From NCBI GenBank assembly GCA_937863965.1, contig CALMIQ010000086.1:1-38128 (forward strand): a stretch of DNA of 38,128 nt, in the 5' to 3' direction. Shown in pieces: positions 26,451 to 36,036 of the stretch. The DNA is from an uncultured Micropruina sp. Its GTDB lineage: Bacteria; Actinomycetota; Actinomycetes; Propionibacteriales; Propionibacteriaceae. How positions within the stretch are numbered: position 1 is the first letter of the stretch; each line of letters opens with the position of its first letter. Position numbers and translations under genes: made by a program. The notes below the pieces were generated by a model. That model searched no databases, was not told the origin of the DNA, and saw nothing but the letters and a program-made list of their open reading frames with translations.

Positions 26451-26735
26451 ATGCCCGCCGCCGCCCGCGTCGGCGACCTGACGGGCCACCCGGGCAGCAT
26501 CGGCCCGCCCGGCGTGCCCACGGTGCTGATCGCCGGGATGCCCGCAGCAACCGTGGGAACCCCGCACATCTGCACCTTCCCGCCGCCGGCCGGCCCGCAT
26601 CCGCCGTCGGCGATCGTCCCGCCCGGCTGCCCGACCGTGCTGATCGGCGGGATGCCCGCGGCCCGGATGGGCGACCTGGCCGGCTGCGGCGCCCCCATCG
26701 TCGTCGGCGCCCCGACCGTGCTGATCGGAGGCTGA
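26451..26735 (+). CDS. PAAR spike-tip protein
   Basis: MPAAARVGD...VLIAGMPAA...VLIGGMPAARMGD...CGA. Confidence 0.93.
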   Translation: MPAAARVGDLTGHPGSIGPPGVPTVLIAGMPAATVGTPHICTFPPPAGPHPPSAIVPPGCPTVLIGGMPAARMGDLAGCGAPIVVGAPTVLIGG

Positions 26736-26737
26736 CC

Positions 26738-27184
26738 ATGACCGTCCAGGGCAACGACATCGACTTCATCGGCGCGGGCTGGAACTACCCGCTGGGCACG
26801 GACGCCACCGGCGGCGTCGCGCTGGTCACCCGCGACCGCGAGATCGAGCAGGCGATCCGGCTGATCCTGGGCACCGCGGTCGGCGAGCGGCCGATGCGGC
26901 CCGAGTTCGGCTGCCGGATCCACGACCACGTCTTCAACACCCCCTCGTCGGCGACGGCGGGCCAGATCGCCTACGACGTCCGCCAGGCCCTGGACCGCTG
27001 GGAGCCGCGGATCGACGTCCTCGACGTGGGCGTCGGGTTCGACGCGATGGCGTCCGGGGTGCTCTACATCGACATCCGCTACTCGATCCGCAGCCTGAAC
27101 GACCCGCGCAACCTGGTCTTCCCCTTCTATGTGATTCCCGCGACCCCTGAGCTTCCCGCGACCCCGGAGAACGGAGGTGCCTGA
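26738..27184 (+). CDS. GPW/gp25 baseplate wedge protein
   Basis: FIGAGWNYP...IRLILGT..GERPMRPEFGC...WEPRI...NLVFPFY. Confidence 0.95.
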   Translation: MTVQGNDIDFIGAGWNYPLGTDATGGVALVTRDREIEQAIRLILGTAVGERPMRPEFGCRIHDHVFNTPSSATAGQIAYDVRQALDRWEPRIDVLDVGVGFDAMASGVLYIDIRYSIRSLNDPRNLVFPFYVIPATPELPATPENGGA

Positions 27185-29124
27185 TGTTGCCCGCGCCGAA
27201 CCTCGATGACCGGGGCTTCCAGGATCTGGTGGACGACGCCAAGCGGCTGGTGCAGCAACGCTGCCCGACCTGGACCGACCACAACGTCTCCGATCCGGGC
27301 GTCACCCTGATCGAGGCCGTCGCCCAGATGGTCGACCAGCTGATCTACCGGCTGAACCGGGTGCCCGACCGCAACTACATCAAATTCCTGGAACTGATCG
27401 GGGTCGAGTTGCGGCCGCCGGCGGCCGCCCGAGGCTCGGCCACCTTCTGGCTGGCCGCGCCGCAGCCGCAGCCGGTGATCGTGCGGGCCGAGAGCCGGGT
27501 CGCGACGCCGCGCACCGACGTCTCCGACCCGGTCACCTTCAGCACCCTCGACGAGCTGGCCATCGTGCCCTGCTCGTTCAGCCGGGCGGCGACCCAACCG
27601 GTGCGGGGGACGCCGACCGACACCACCAGCACCGTCGGCCGCGGCGGGTTCCCGGCGTTCAGCGCGGCCCCCACCGTCGGCGACGCGCTGCTGATCGGGC
27701 TCTCGGACGCGGTGCCGTCGTGCGCGGTGCTGCTCCGGTTCGACTGCACCGTCTCGGGCCGCGGCGTCGACCCCCGGAATCCGCCGCTGATCTGGGAGGC
27801 CTGGACCGACGACGGCTGGGTGGCCTGCGACCTCGGCTCGGACGACACCGGCGGCCTGAACAAGCCCGGCGACGTCGTGCTGCACGTGCCCAGCAGCCAC
27901 CGGGCCTCGGTGATCGCCCGCGAGCGGGCCGGCTGGCTGCGCTGCCGGCTGATCGTGGCGCAGCCCGGGCAGCCGACCTACGTCGAGTCGCCGACCATCC
28001 TCGCGGTCGCCGCGCACACCATCGGGGGCACGGCGGCGACGATCCACGCCGAGGTGGTGCACAGCGAGGTGATCGGGCGCTCGGACGGGACGCCGGCCCA
28101 GCGGTTCGCGCTGCAGCGGCGTCCGGTGGTCGCCTCGGAGGCGCCGCTGAGGCTGACCGCCCTGGTCGGGGAGAACGCCCAGGAATGGACCGAGGTGGCG
28201 CATTTCGCCCAGTCGGGGCCGGACGACCGACACTTCCGGATCGACGCCTACGCCGGCGAGGTCGAGTTCGGCCCGGCGCTGCGAACCGCGGACGGCGCGC
28301 TGCGCCGCTACGGCGACGTGCCGCCCGCCGGGGCGATCCTCCGGCTCGAGTCGTACCGCACCGGCGGGGGGCAGGCCGGCAATGTGGCCCGCGGCCAGGT
28401 CCGGGTGCTGAAGACGAGCATCCCGTACGTCTCGCGGGTGGAGAACCGCGACCCGGCGATCGGCGGCGCGGACGCCGAGACGCTGGCCGACGCCAAGGCC
28501 CGCGGACCCCTGCTGCTGCGCTCCCGCGGCCGCGCGGTGACGACCGCCGATTTCGAGGAGCTGGCCCGCGACGCCGCCCCCGACGCGGCCCGGGTGGCCT
28601 GCATCCCGGAGGCCGGCGTGGTGGGCGGCGTCCGGCTGCTCGTCGTGCCGCACGTCGCCGGCGACGACCTGGGCCGCATCGAGCGCGCCGATCTCGACCC
28701 GCCCTGGCAGATCCTGGAGCGGATCAGCAACCACCTCGACGAGCGCCGGCTGGTCGGCACCCGGCTGCTGGTCCAGCCGCCGGACTACGTCTGGCTGACC
28801 GCCGTCGTCCGGCTCAGCGCGCGTCCGCGGTTCGACCCCGCCGCCCTGCGCACCGAGGTGTTGCGGGCGCTGTACCGGCTGTACGACCCACTGAGCGGCG
28901 GCCCGGACGGCACCGGCTGGCCGTTCGGACGGGCGGTGCAGGCGCACGAGGTGAACGCGATACTGGCGCGGATCCCCGGCGTCGACATGTCGCGCGAGGT
29001 GAGCGTGGCGCTGTTCCCGGCGGAGGCCGACACCGGCACCCGTGGCGCTGCGGTCAACCGCCTGGAGCTGCCGGCGACCGGCCTGGTCTACTCCTTCGAC
29101 CACCAGGTGCGAGTGGAGCCGTGA
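27184..29124 (+). CDS. Baseplate J-like assembly protein
   Basis: LPAPNLDDRGFQDLV...WTDHNVSDPGVTLIE...YRTGGG..GNV...GGADAE...RAVTTADFE...GWPFGR. Confidence 0.95.
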   Translation: MLPAPNLDDRGFQDLVDDAKRLVQQRCPTWTDHNVSDPGVTLIEAVAQMVDQLIYRLNRVPDRNYIKFLELIGVELRPPAAARGSATFWLAAPQPQPVIVRAESRVATPRTDVSDPVTFSTLDELAIVPCSFSRAATQPVRGTPTDTTSTVGRGGFPAFSAAPTVGDALLIGLSDAVPSCAVLLRFDCTVSGRGVDPRNPPLIWEAWTDDGWVACDLGSDDTGGLNKPGDVVLHVPSSHRASVIARERAGWLRCRLIVAQPGQPTYVESPTILAVAAHTIGGTAATIHAEVVHSEVIGRSDGTPAQRFALQRRPVVASEAPLRLTALVGENAQEWTEVAHFAQSGPDDRHFRIDAYAGEVEFGPALRTADGALRRYGDVPPAGAILRLESYRTGGGQAGNVARGQVRVLKTSIPYVSRVENRDPAIGGADAETLADAKARGPLLLRSRGRAVTTADFEELARDAAPDAARVACIPEAGVVGGVRLLVVPHVAGDDLGRIERADLDPPWQILERISNHLDERRLVGTRLLVQPPDYVWLTAVVRLSARPRFDPAALRTEVLRALYRLYDPLSGGPDGTGWPFGRAVQAHEVNAILARIPGVDMSREVSVALFPAEADTGTRGAAVNRLELPATGLVYSFDHQVRVEP

Positions 29125-29660
29125 TGCGCGGCACGATCGACGGCCTGCTGAGCCCTCATCCCCTGGTCGAGACCCTGCCGGCCATGCTGCGGGACGATCC
29201 GTTCGCCCGCAGCCTGTGCGCCGGCTTCGACGAACTCCTCGCGCCGGTGATCCTCGACCTGGACACCTTCGTCGGCCATCTCGACCCGGCAACCGCGCCC
29301 GACGACATGCTGGTCTGGCTGGCGCAATGGCTCGGGCTGGGCGGCGACCAGGAACTCGGCCCGGTCCCGCGGCGCCGCGAGTTGCAGCAGGCCGGCACCG
29401 TCAACGCCACCCGGGGCACCCGCCGCAGCATCCAGCTGGCGGTCGAGAGCGTGTTCGGGGTGGACGCCGAGGTGACCGAGTCGGGCGCCGCCCGCTGGTC
29501 GCCGACGCCGGGTGGGGAGTTGCCCGGGCAGGCCGAGACCGGCGTCACCGTGACGCTGCGTCCGGCGGGCGGCGCCGGGATCGACCTGGCCCGGCTCGAG
29601 GCGGTGATCCGGGCCGTCACCCCGGCGCACGTCCCGCACGCCGTGGTGGTGCAGACGTGA
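29124..29660 (+). CDS. Phage tail protein I-like baseplate protein
   Basis: MRGTIDGL..PHPL..TLPA...DPATAP..ML.WLAQWLG...RGTRR...PAHV; coupled to baseplate J by TGATG. Confidence 0.88.
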   Translation: MRGTIDGLLSPHPLVETLPAMLRDDPFARSLCAGFDELLAPVILDLDTFVGHLDPATAPDDMLVWLAQWLGLGGDQELGPVPRRRELQQAGTVNATRGTRRSIQLAVESVFGVDAEVTESGAARWSPTPGGELPGQAETGVTVTLRPAGGAGIDLARLEAVIRAVTPAHVPHAVVVQT

Positions 29661-29739
29661 CAGGGGTATCTGGGCGCGTTTCCGATGCTCCTGACCGAAT
29701 CAGGGTTCTCAGCGGCGGCGAGGGCGGTTAGGTTCGGAC

Positions 29740-32394
29740 ATGGCGTATCGCTTGGGCATCGATCTCGGCACGAGCACACTGATGGCCGCGGCCCTGCGAC
29801 CGGGTGCCGCGGCCGCACTGGTGGTGCTCGGAGACGGCCGCCCGGAGGCGTCCGTCGTCGACGTGCGCGATCCCGGACTGGGCGACGAGCAGGCCACCGC
29901 GGCGCTGTTGCGGCTGGCCCGCGACCGGGCCGCGGAGCAGCTCGGGGAACCGCCGGACGAGGTGGTGCTGGCCGTGCCCGGCTGGTGGGGGGACGTGCAG
30001 CGCGCGGCCTTCGACGCCGCGGTCGAGGCCGCCGAACTCGGGCCGGTGCGCCGGATCGACCAGGCCGAGGCGGCCGCCCTCGGCTATGCGGCCCAGGTGC
30101 TGGTGCCACTCGGGGCCCGGATCGCGGTGTTCGACCTGGGGGCGGCGTCCTGTGCCGCGGCCGTGCTGGAGCGGGTTTCGGCCGGGTTCACCGTGCTGGC
30201 CTCAACCGGGGCGGAGCACCCCTGCGGCAACGACTTCGACGAGGCCGTGTCCCGGCTCGTCGCGGGCGGCCTGGGCGGCGCTCGGGACGCGGGCGACCCG
30301 GCCCGGGCGGCGGCGATCCGGCGGGCCTGCACGACGGCCCGCGAGGCGTTGTCGACGCAGTCCCGGGTGGAGGTCTCCGTGCCCGGCGCCGCCGGGTCGG
30401 TGCCGTTGAGCCGCACCGAGGTGGAGGGCCTGATCCGGGGGCCGATCCGGACCGGTCTCGAACTGATCGACCAGGTGCTGCGCGACGCCGGCCTGGCGCC
30501 GGCCGACCTCACCGCGCTCGTGGGTGTGGGCGGCTGCTGCCGGACGCCGATCGTCCGGACCCTGCTCGGCAAGGAGTTCGCGGCCCCGGTCGCGGTGAGC
30601 GACCGTCCCGAGTTCGCGGTGGCCATCGGATCGGTCGGGGACGCCGAGACCTGCCTGACCGCGACCCCGAAGCTGCCGGTCGAGGTCCCGCCGGCGGCCG
30701 CGGCCGGCGCGGCGCCGGCCCCGGTCGAAGCGGCGTCCGCCCCGATCGGCGGCCCGCCCGCCGGAGCCGCGACCCCGATCGTTCCGCCGCCACGGCAGCC
30801 GGTCGAACCGGCGGCGACGGCATCGATGCCGGTGACCCCACACTCAGCGCCTCCGGCAGCGTCATCGCCACCTCCGCGACCACAGGTGCCCCCGGGGGCG
30901 CCGCCACCTCGGCCACCCGTGCCGCCGCCCCCGCCTCCCGCTCCGCCGGCTCCGCCCCCGCCGGTGCCGCCACCGGTACCCCCGGCTCCGCCTGCGCCGG
31001 CGACCTGGAACGGGCCGTCCGCCCCCGCGGCCTGGAACGGATCGCCCGGGCCGGCGGCCTGGAACGGGCCGTCCGCCCCCGGGGCGTGGAACGGTCCTCC
31101 GGCTCCCGCGGCATGGACGCCGCCGGCGTCCACCTCACCGGCGGTGGTCCCCCCGGCGGAGCCTTCCCCGCCGCCGGCCGGCGCCGCGCCGACCGCGGCG
31201 TCCGCCCCCGCGGCCTGGACGGGGCAACCCGCGCCGGGCTGGCAACAGCCCGGGAACGAGCCAGGTGGGCCACCGCCCGCCGGACGAGCCGCCCCGCGGA
31301 GATCGCCGCGGAACCTGTTGATCGCCGGTGGCGCCGTCCTGGTCGCGGCCGTCCTCGGCGTGCTGGCGTTCCTGCAGTGGGGCGGTGAGACGGCCCGAAC
31401 CCCGGCCACGCCGGCGCCCACCACCCCGAGCCCGGTGCAGACCCCGACGACCACCCCGTCGGAATCCCCGACACCCCTGGACGGATCCGGCCGGATCCTC
31501 GCCGGGCTGCCCCGGGCGGACGCGCTGCCCGAGCAGATCGTGCTGGTGCCGATGCGGCCCAAGGGTGCCACCAGCGAGCGGCTCTACCAGGTCGACGCCC
31601 GCGGCGGGGGCAAGCCGGTCCCGCTAAAGGTGCCCGTCGGCAGCGCCAGCAACCCGATGATGCAGCCCGAGCGGGCGACGATCCTCTACCTCCACGGCGG
31701 CAAGCTGCGGGCGATGGCGTCGAACGGTTCCGGCGATCGCCAGCTGTGGTCCCGGCAGCCCACCGGATGCCAGAGGATCCTGCACGCCTCCTGGAACCGG
31801 CTGAGCCCCACCCGGCTGCTGATCAGCTGCCAGACGAAGGCGTCGGCCGGTGCGCTGATGTCCGTCGGCCTGGACGGCACCGTGATCCGGACGCTGCGGA
31901 CGGCCGGGGCCAGGGTCGGTGACTTCAGCGTGTCGCCGGACGGCCGGACGGTCGCGTACTGGGCGAGCGATCAGCCGAAGGCCAGCGGCGGACGGCTGTA
32001 CACCCAGGACGTCGAGGGCACCGGCCCGGCCACGCCGCTGACCCCCGCGAAGAGCGTGGACGCGCACCCGGTGTGGTCGCCGGACGGTGCCACGATCTCG
32101 TTCAGCCGGCGGGTCGCCGCCGCGGGCAAGGTCGCGGCCAACTGGGACGTGTACACCATGGACCGGGACGGATCGAACCCGAAGCCCCTGGCCACCGGCC
32201 CGACCGACGACTTCAAGGCGGTGTGGTCGCAGGACGGCCGGCAGCTCCTGCTGATCACCAACCGGGTCTCCGCCAAGGGCGGCCCGGGCAGCAGCTACGA
32301 CCTGTGGCTGGTCGGCCTCGACCGCCAGCCGGCGCCCAAGGGGCTGGGCCTGAACGCGCAGCGGATCACCCGGCCGTTCTGGAGCCTGCGCTGA
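29740..32394 (+). CDS. Hsp70-like nucleotide-binding domain, Pro-rich linker, TM helix and TolB/PD40-like beta-propeller
   Basis: LGIDLGTS, VVLAVP, AAALGY, VFDLG, GNDFD, VGGCCRTP, PEFAVAIG. TM LLIAGGAVLVAAVLGVLAFL. SPDGRTVAY / WSPDGATISF / WSQDGRQLL repeats. TAGGTT 5 nt before the ATG (leaderless-type). Confidence 0.85.
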   Translation: MAYRLGIDLGTSTLMAAALRPGAAAALVVLGDGRPEASVVDVRDPGLGDEQATAALLRLARDRAAEQLGEPPDEVVLAVPGWWGDVQRAAFDAAVEAAELGPVRRIDQAEAAALGYAAQVLVPLGARIAVFDLGAASCAAAVLERVSAGFTVLASTGAEHPCGNDFDEAVSRLVAGGLGGARDAGDPARAAAIRRACTTAREALSTQSRVEVSVPGAAGSVPLSRTEVEGLIRGPIRTGLELIDQVLRDAGLAPADLTALVGVGGCCRTPIVRTLLGKEFAAPVAVSDRPEFAVAIGSVGDAETCLTATPKLPVEVPPAAAAGAAPAPVEAASAPIGGPPAGAATPIVPPPRQPVEPAATASMPVTPHSAPPAASSPPPRPQVPPGAPPPRPPVPPPPPPAPPAPPPPVPPPVPPAPPAPATWNGPSAPAAWNGSPGPAAWNGPSAPGAWNGPPAPAAWTPPASTSPAVVPPAEPSPPPAGAAPTAASAPAAWTGQPAPGWQQPGNEPGGPPPAGRAAPRRSPRNLLIAGGAVLVAAVLGVLAFLQWGGETARTPATPAPTTPSPVQTPTTTPSESPTPLDGSGRILAGLPRADALPEQIVLVPMRPKGATSERLYQVDARGGGKPVPLKVPVGSASNPMMQPERATILYLHGGKLRAMASNGSGDRQLWSRQPTGCQRILHASWNRLSPTRLLISCQTKASAGALMSVGLDGTVIRTLRTAGARVGDFSVSPDGRTVAYWASDQPKASGGRLYTQDVEGTGPATPLTPAKSVDAHPVWSPDGATISFSRRVAAAGKVAANWDVYTMDRDGSNPKPLATGPTDDFKAVWSQDGRQLLLITNRVSAKGGPGSSYDLWLVGLDRQPAPKGLGLNAQRITRPFWSLR
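30997..31119 (+). repeat. About 4.5 coding tandem copies of a 27-nt unit (PAAWNGPSA-like)
   Basis: Units start at 30997, 31024, 31051, 31078 and 31105. Confidence 0.85.
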
Positions 32395-32404
32395 CCCGGC
32401 GGGG

Positions 32405-35095
32405 TCACCGGCGGGTCAGCCCGAGCTCGGCCAGGATCCGGTCGTGCTCCCGCGACGCGACCGCGGCCGCCGCGTGGTTCCCGAGCCGGGCGTTGCTCTC
32501 GGCGACCAGGCCCCAGGCGGAGTCCTGGTAGGGGTCGAGGGTGATCGCCCGATGCGCGCAATCGAGCGCGGTGCGCGCATCGGCGGCGGCCAGCGCGTCC
32601 GACGCTGCCGCGGTCGCCGTCACGGCCGCCAGCCGGCGTAGCCGGTCGCGTTCGTCGACGACCCACTCGGCCGGCCCGGCCTCGGGGAACAGGTCGCCGG
32701 CATAGACGGCGAGGGCGGCGCAGCGGAGCCGCAACGCCGTGTCCCGGTCGCTGCGGGCGGCGTCCGCGATCAGTCGCTCGAACTCCTCCAGGTCGTTGGC
32801 GCCGGCGATCCGCAACGCGTAGGCGTCGCCCTCGCGCACCACCGCCTGCTGGCTCAGCCCGGCCGCGTGCAGGCATTGCCGAATGCTGGAGACGGCCACC
32901 TGCAGGCAGCGCACCCCGGAGGCCAGCGACGAATCCGGCCACAGCTGCTCGATCAGGTACTCCCGGTGCACCGGACGCCGGTGGTGCACGGCGAGCAGCA
33001 TCAGCAGCGAGCGGGCCCGCGGCCGCAGCGCGAGATGGTCCACCTCGCGGCCGGCCACGGTCAGCCCGAGCCGTCCCAGGCAGGTGAGCGCCACCGGGGG
33101 CGGCTCGGGTTCGCGCCGGGGATCCGCCCGGTCGTCGCGGGGTTCGACGCTGCCGAGCCGGGGGATCGCGTCCGCCAACCGGTCGGTCCAGGCCCGCAGT
33201 GCCGGCGCGGCCAGGGTGTCGGCGAGCTCGCCGGCGTGGGCCAGGGCGTCCGCGGCGGGCTCCGCGCGGCCGGCCCGGGCGAAGCCCACCCCCAGCGCCA
33301 CCGAGGTGAGCAGGTCCGTCCACGGATCCTGGTACCGCAGCGAGTCGAGCAGCTCGAGCGCGGACGCCGTCCACTCGTCGGTGGCCGAGACCAGCAGGGC
33401 GGCCAGCTGGACGCCGTGGGCGATCCGCGCCAGCCACGGCCAGCCGTCCAGCTCGGCATCGAGCAGGATCGCCTCCACCCGCCCGGCGTCCGGGGTGTCG
33501 TCGCCGCGCAGCAGCGGGACGCACTGCTCGGCCAGGCGTGCGGCGAGACCCGGCCAGCCGTCGCCGGGGGTGACCCGGCCGAGCGCGTGCACGGCGTCGT
33601 CCCATCGGTCGGCGATCAGCAGCTGCAGGCCCCGGGCCAGCGGCGTGGTCACCGCGGCCGAGCCGGCGCGGGTCAGGGCACGCAACTCCGCGGACGCCGG
33701 GAAGATCCCGTCGGCGGCCGCCGGGGTGGGGGCCGCCGCACCGGGCAGCCACAGCTGCAGCGACTGCCGTTCGCGCCGGCAGCGTTCGGTGAACGCGCGG
33801 TCGTCCAGCAGCCCCTCCGCGCGGCGGTAGGCGGCCACCGCCTCGGTCAGCTGCCCGCGCCGGGCCTGCAGGCGCGCACCCGCGACGACCAGGCAGGGGT
33901 CGTCGGTGGGAACCCCCGGCAGCGCCAGCAGCCCGCTCACGGCGTCCTGCTCGGCCGGATCGGAGCTGGCGGTCAGCAGCCGGGCCACCGCGCCCCAGTC
34001 CTCCGCGCGCGCATAGGCGCGCACCGCGGCACCCGTGCGGGCGTCGTGTTCCAGGAGTTCCCCGCTGCGCTGGTAGAGCTCCCGGGCGGCCCGGCCGCCG
34101 AGCTCGTCGACCAGCAGCACCTCCAGCTGGGTCTGCAGCACGTGGTGGTAGCGGTAGGTGACGCCGCCGTCGGTGGAGGTGGTGAAGAACTGTTCGTCCT
34201 CCAGGGCGGCCAGCACGGCGGAACTGCCGCCCGCGCCCAGCAGTGCGTCGCACAGGTCGCCGGTCAGCACCCCCAGCGTCGCCGTCCGGATCAGGAAGTC
34301 GAGGCGGCCGGCGTCCACGCTGCCCAGCACGTTGCGGGCCAGGTACGAACGGATCAGCCGGGAGCGGCCGCCGAGTTCGCCGATCGCCCGCTCCCGCTCG
34401 GCGCGGCCGCAGTGCTCGGTGGCCAGGTGGAACAGGTGCAGCCCGGCCGCCCACCCCCCGGTGCGCCGGGTCAGCGCGGCCGCGCCCTCCGGCGAGAGCG
34501 GCGCGTCGTAGACGACCCGGAACAGCTGCTCCACCTCCCACGACCGGAACCTCAGATCGTCGCTGTCGAGTTCCAGCAGCTCCTCCGAGACCACCAGCCG
34601 CGAGGTGTTCATCGACGGCGCGCGGCGACTGCCCAGAACGATCGTGATCTCCCGCGGCCGCATGGCCAGCAGGGTCTCCAGGGTGCGTTCGGCGGGGGTG
34701 CCGGCCAGCTCCTGCAGGTCGTCGACGAAGAGCATCGCGGGGCGTGGCCCGGTCTCGTCGAGCTCGCGGATCAGGTCGCCGATCCTCCCGCCGGACGCCG
34801 CGGCGGCGAGGCCCGGATCCTGCAGCGCGGTGGCCAGGGCATGGCCGAGATACCGGGTGACGGTGGCCGCGTCGTCCTCGCGTCCGGCCCGGTACCAGCC
34901 GACCGCGGGCTCCCGGGCCGCGAGCTGGCTCAGCAGGGTGGTCTTGCCGCTGCCGGGCGGGCCGAGCACGAGCGCCGAGGTGAGCGGTCCCGGGGTCCCC
35001 GTCCGCAGCCCGGCCGTGGCGGCGTCGAGCCGATCGCGGACCAGGCCGCGAGGGCCCGGACGCCGGACCTTCTCCAGGAAGATCACCGGTTCCAT
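32405..35095 (-). CDS. MalT-like STAND ATPase transcriptional regulator with C-terminal SARP-type wHTH and BTAD domain
   Basis: EKVRRP..GLVRDRL, Walker A GPPGSGKTTLL, FVDDLQ, LRF, TGGWAAGL, YRYHHVL. C-terminal LLMLLAVHHRRPVHREYLIEQLWP...LQVAVSSIRQ...YAGDLF...EWV..ER...LDPYQDSAW. Confidence 0.9.
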   Translation of the reverse strand: MEPVIFLEKVRRPGPRGLVRDRLDAATAGLRTGTPGPLTSALVLGPPGSGKTTLLSQLAAREPAVGWYRAGREDDAATVTRYLGHALATALQDPGLAAAASGGRIGDLIRELDETGPRPAMLFVDDLQELAGTPAERTLETLLAMRPREITIVLGSRRAPSMNTSRLVVSEELLELDSDDLRFRSWEVEQLFRVVYDAPLSPEGAAALTRRTGGWAAGLHLFHLATEHCGRAERERAIGELGGRSRLIRSYLARNVLGSVDAGRLDFLIRTATLGVLTGDLCDALLGAGGSSAVLAALEDEQFFTTSTDGGVTYRYHHVLQTQLEVLLVDELGGRAARELYQRSGELLEHDARTGAAVRAYARAEDWGAVARLLTASSDPAEQDAVSGLLALPGVPTDDPCLVVAGARLQARRGQLTEAVAAYRRAEGLLDDRAFTERCRRERQSLQLWLPGAAAPTPAAADGIFPASAELRALTRAGSAAVTTPLARGLQLLIADRWDDAVHALGRVTPGDGWPGLAARLAEQCVPLLRGDDTPDAGRVEAILLDAELDGWPWLARIAHGVQLAALLVSATDEWTASALELLDSLRYQDPWTDLLTSVALGVGFARAGRAEPAADALAHAGELADTLAAPALRAWTDRLADAIPRLGSVEPRDDRADPRREPEPPPVALTCLGRLGLTVAGREVDHLALRPRARSLLMLLAVHHRRPVHREYLIEQLWPDSSLASGVRCLQVAVSSIRQCLHAAGLSQQAVVREGDAYALRIAGANDLEEFERLIADAARSDRDTALRLRCAALAVYAGDLFPEAGPAEWVVDERDRLRRLAAVTATAAASDALAAADARTALDCAHRAITLDPYQDSAWGLVAESNARLGNHAAAAVASREHDRILAELGLTRR

Positions 35096-35293
35096 GCGGA
35101 CCTACCCGAGGGTCATGCTCCAGCCGACGACGGAATCCGGGTGGCAGGGCTGCCGGTGCCGGCCGGATTCTGGGAGTGGCGGGGACGGTTCATTGCCGCC
35201 GAGTTTATGGGTGATGGCCGAGCCGTCGAGAGGGGATGGGGCTGCGCAATTCTGCCACCATTCGCGGCGTTTCCGCCGGATGGAAACGGCCGC

Positions 35294-35345
35294 TGAGCCG
35301 GCGTTGAGCCCTTGATGAGCCGGTGCTGACGCGCCCGGTCACACT
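35294..35345 (+). promoter_or_regulatory. Four 11-bp-spaced direct repeats (TGAGCC x3, TGACGC) before a CACACT -10 of the luxR-type gene
   Basis: Repeats at 35294, 35305, 35316 and 35327. CACACT at 35340-35345 lies 6 nt before ATG 35352. Confidence 0.65.
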
Positions 35346-35351
35346 GACCGC

Positions 35352-35975
35352 ATGTCGACGATCGCCATTCCCACCTACGTTCATGCGCGCGACCCCATCT
35401 CGCACGCCGGGGTGAGCGCCCAACTGCGGATGCGCCCCGACGTGCTGGTGGTGGACTCCGTCTCCCTGGCCCGTGTCGCAATCGTCGTCGCCGACGTCGT
35501 GGACCAGACCACGACGGGCGACCTGCGGGCGCTGGTCAAGGACCACCGGCCACGGCTGGTGCTGATCGTCGGGGCGGTGGACGACGCGGCGCTGGTCGCC
35601 GCCGCCGAGGCCGGCGTGGTCGGGCTGTTGCGGCGCAACGACGCGAGCCCCGATGCGGTGGCCCGGATCATCGGCAAGGCGGCGGCCGGCGACGGCGAGG
35701 TGCCCGCCGACCTGCTCGGACGGCTGCTCGAACAGGTCGGACGGCTGCAGCGGCAGGTGCTGGCGCCGCGCGGGCTGACCTTCACCGGACTCACCCCCCG
35801 GGAGACGGAGGTGGTGCGCCTGGTCGCCGACGGCCTCGACACCAGCGAGATCGCGTTGCGGATGTCGTACAGCGAACGCACCGTGAAGAATGTGCTGCAC
35901 GATCTGACCACCAGGCTCCAATTGCGCAATCGCACGCATGCCGTCGCCTATGCCGTCCGTGAAGGACTTATCTGA
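35352..35975 (+). CDS. LuxR/NarL-family HTH regulator with an atypical receiver-like domain
   Basis: GLTPRETEVVRLVADGLDTSEIA..MSYSERTVKNVLHDLTTRLQLRNRTHAVAYAVREGLI. Confidence 0.92.
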   Translation: MSTIAIPTYVHARDPISHAGVSAQLRMRPDVLVVDSVSLARVAIVVADVVDQTTTGDLRALVKDHRPRLVLIVGAVDDAALVAAAEAGVVGLLRRNDASPDAVARIIGKAAAGDGEVPADLLGRLLEQVGRLQRQVLAPRGLTFTGLTPRETEVVRLVADGLDTSEIALRMSYSERTVKNVLHDLTTRLQLRNRTHAVAYAVREGLI

Positions 35976-36036
35976 GGGCTATCCGCGGGCGCCGGGTGAG
36001 CGGATAGAGTGGCGTCGCCGCGCGTCGTGATGGGGG

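Noticed and set aside
18497-29660. Prophage tail region or bona fide T6SS
   Set aside because: No capsid, portal, terminase, integrase or lysis genes, and no TssB/C, TssJLM or ClpV. DUF4255, the Afp15-like ATPase and DUF4157 indicate eCIS.
29690-29704. CCTGA-N5-TCAGG palindrome upstream of the Hsp70-like gene
   Set aside because: Single short occurrence that could be chance; does not match the CIS box.
30997-31119. 27-nt repeats as a possible CRISPR array
   Set aside because: In-frame, degenerate tandem coding repeats with no spacers and no cas genes.
32390-32420. Hairpin GCTGACCCG...CGGGTCAGC at convergent stop codons
   Set aside because: Possible terminator, but short, without a U-tract and partly within coding sequence; not enough support.
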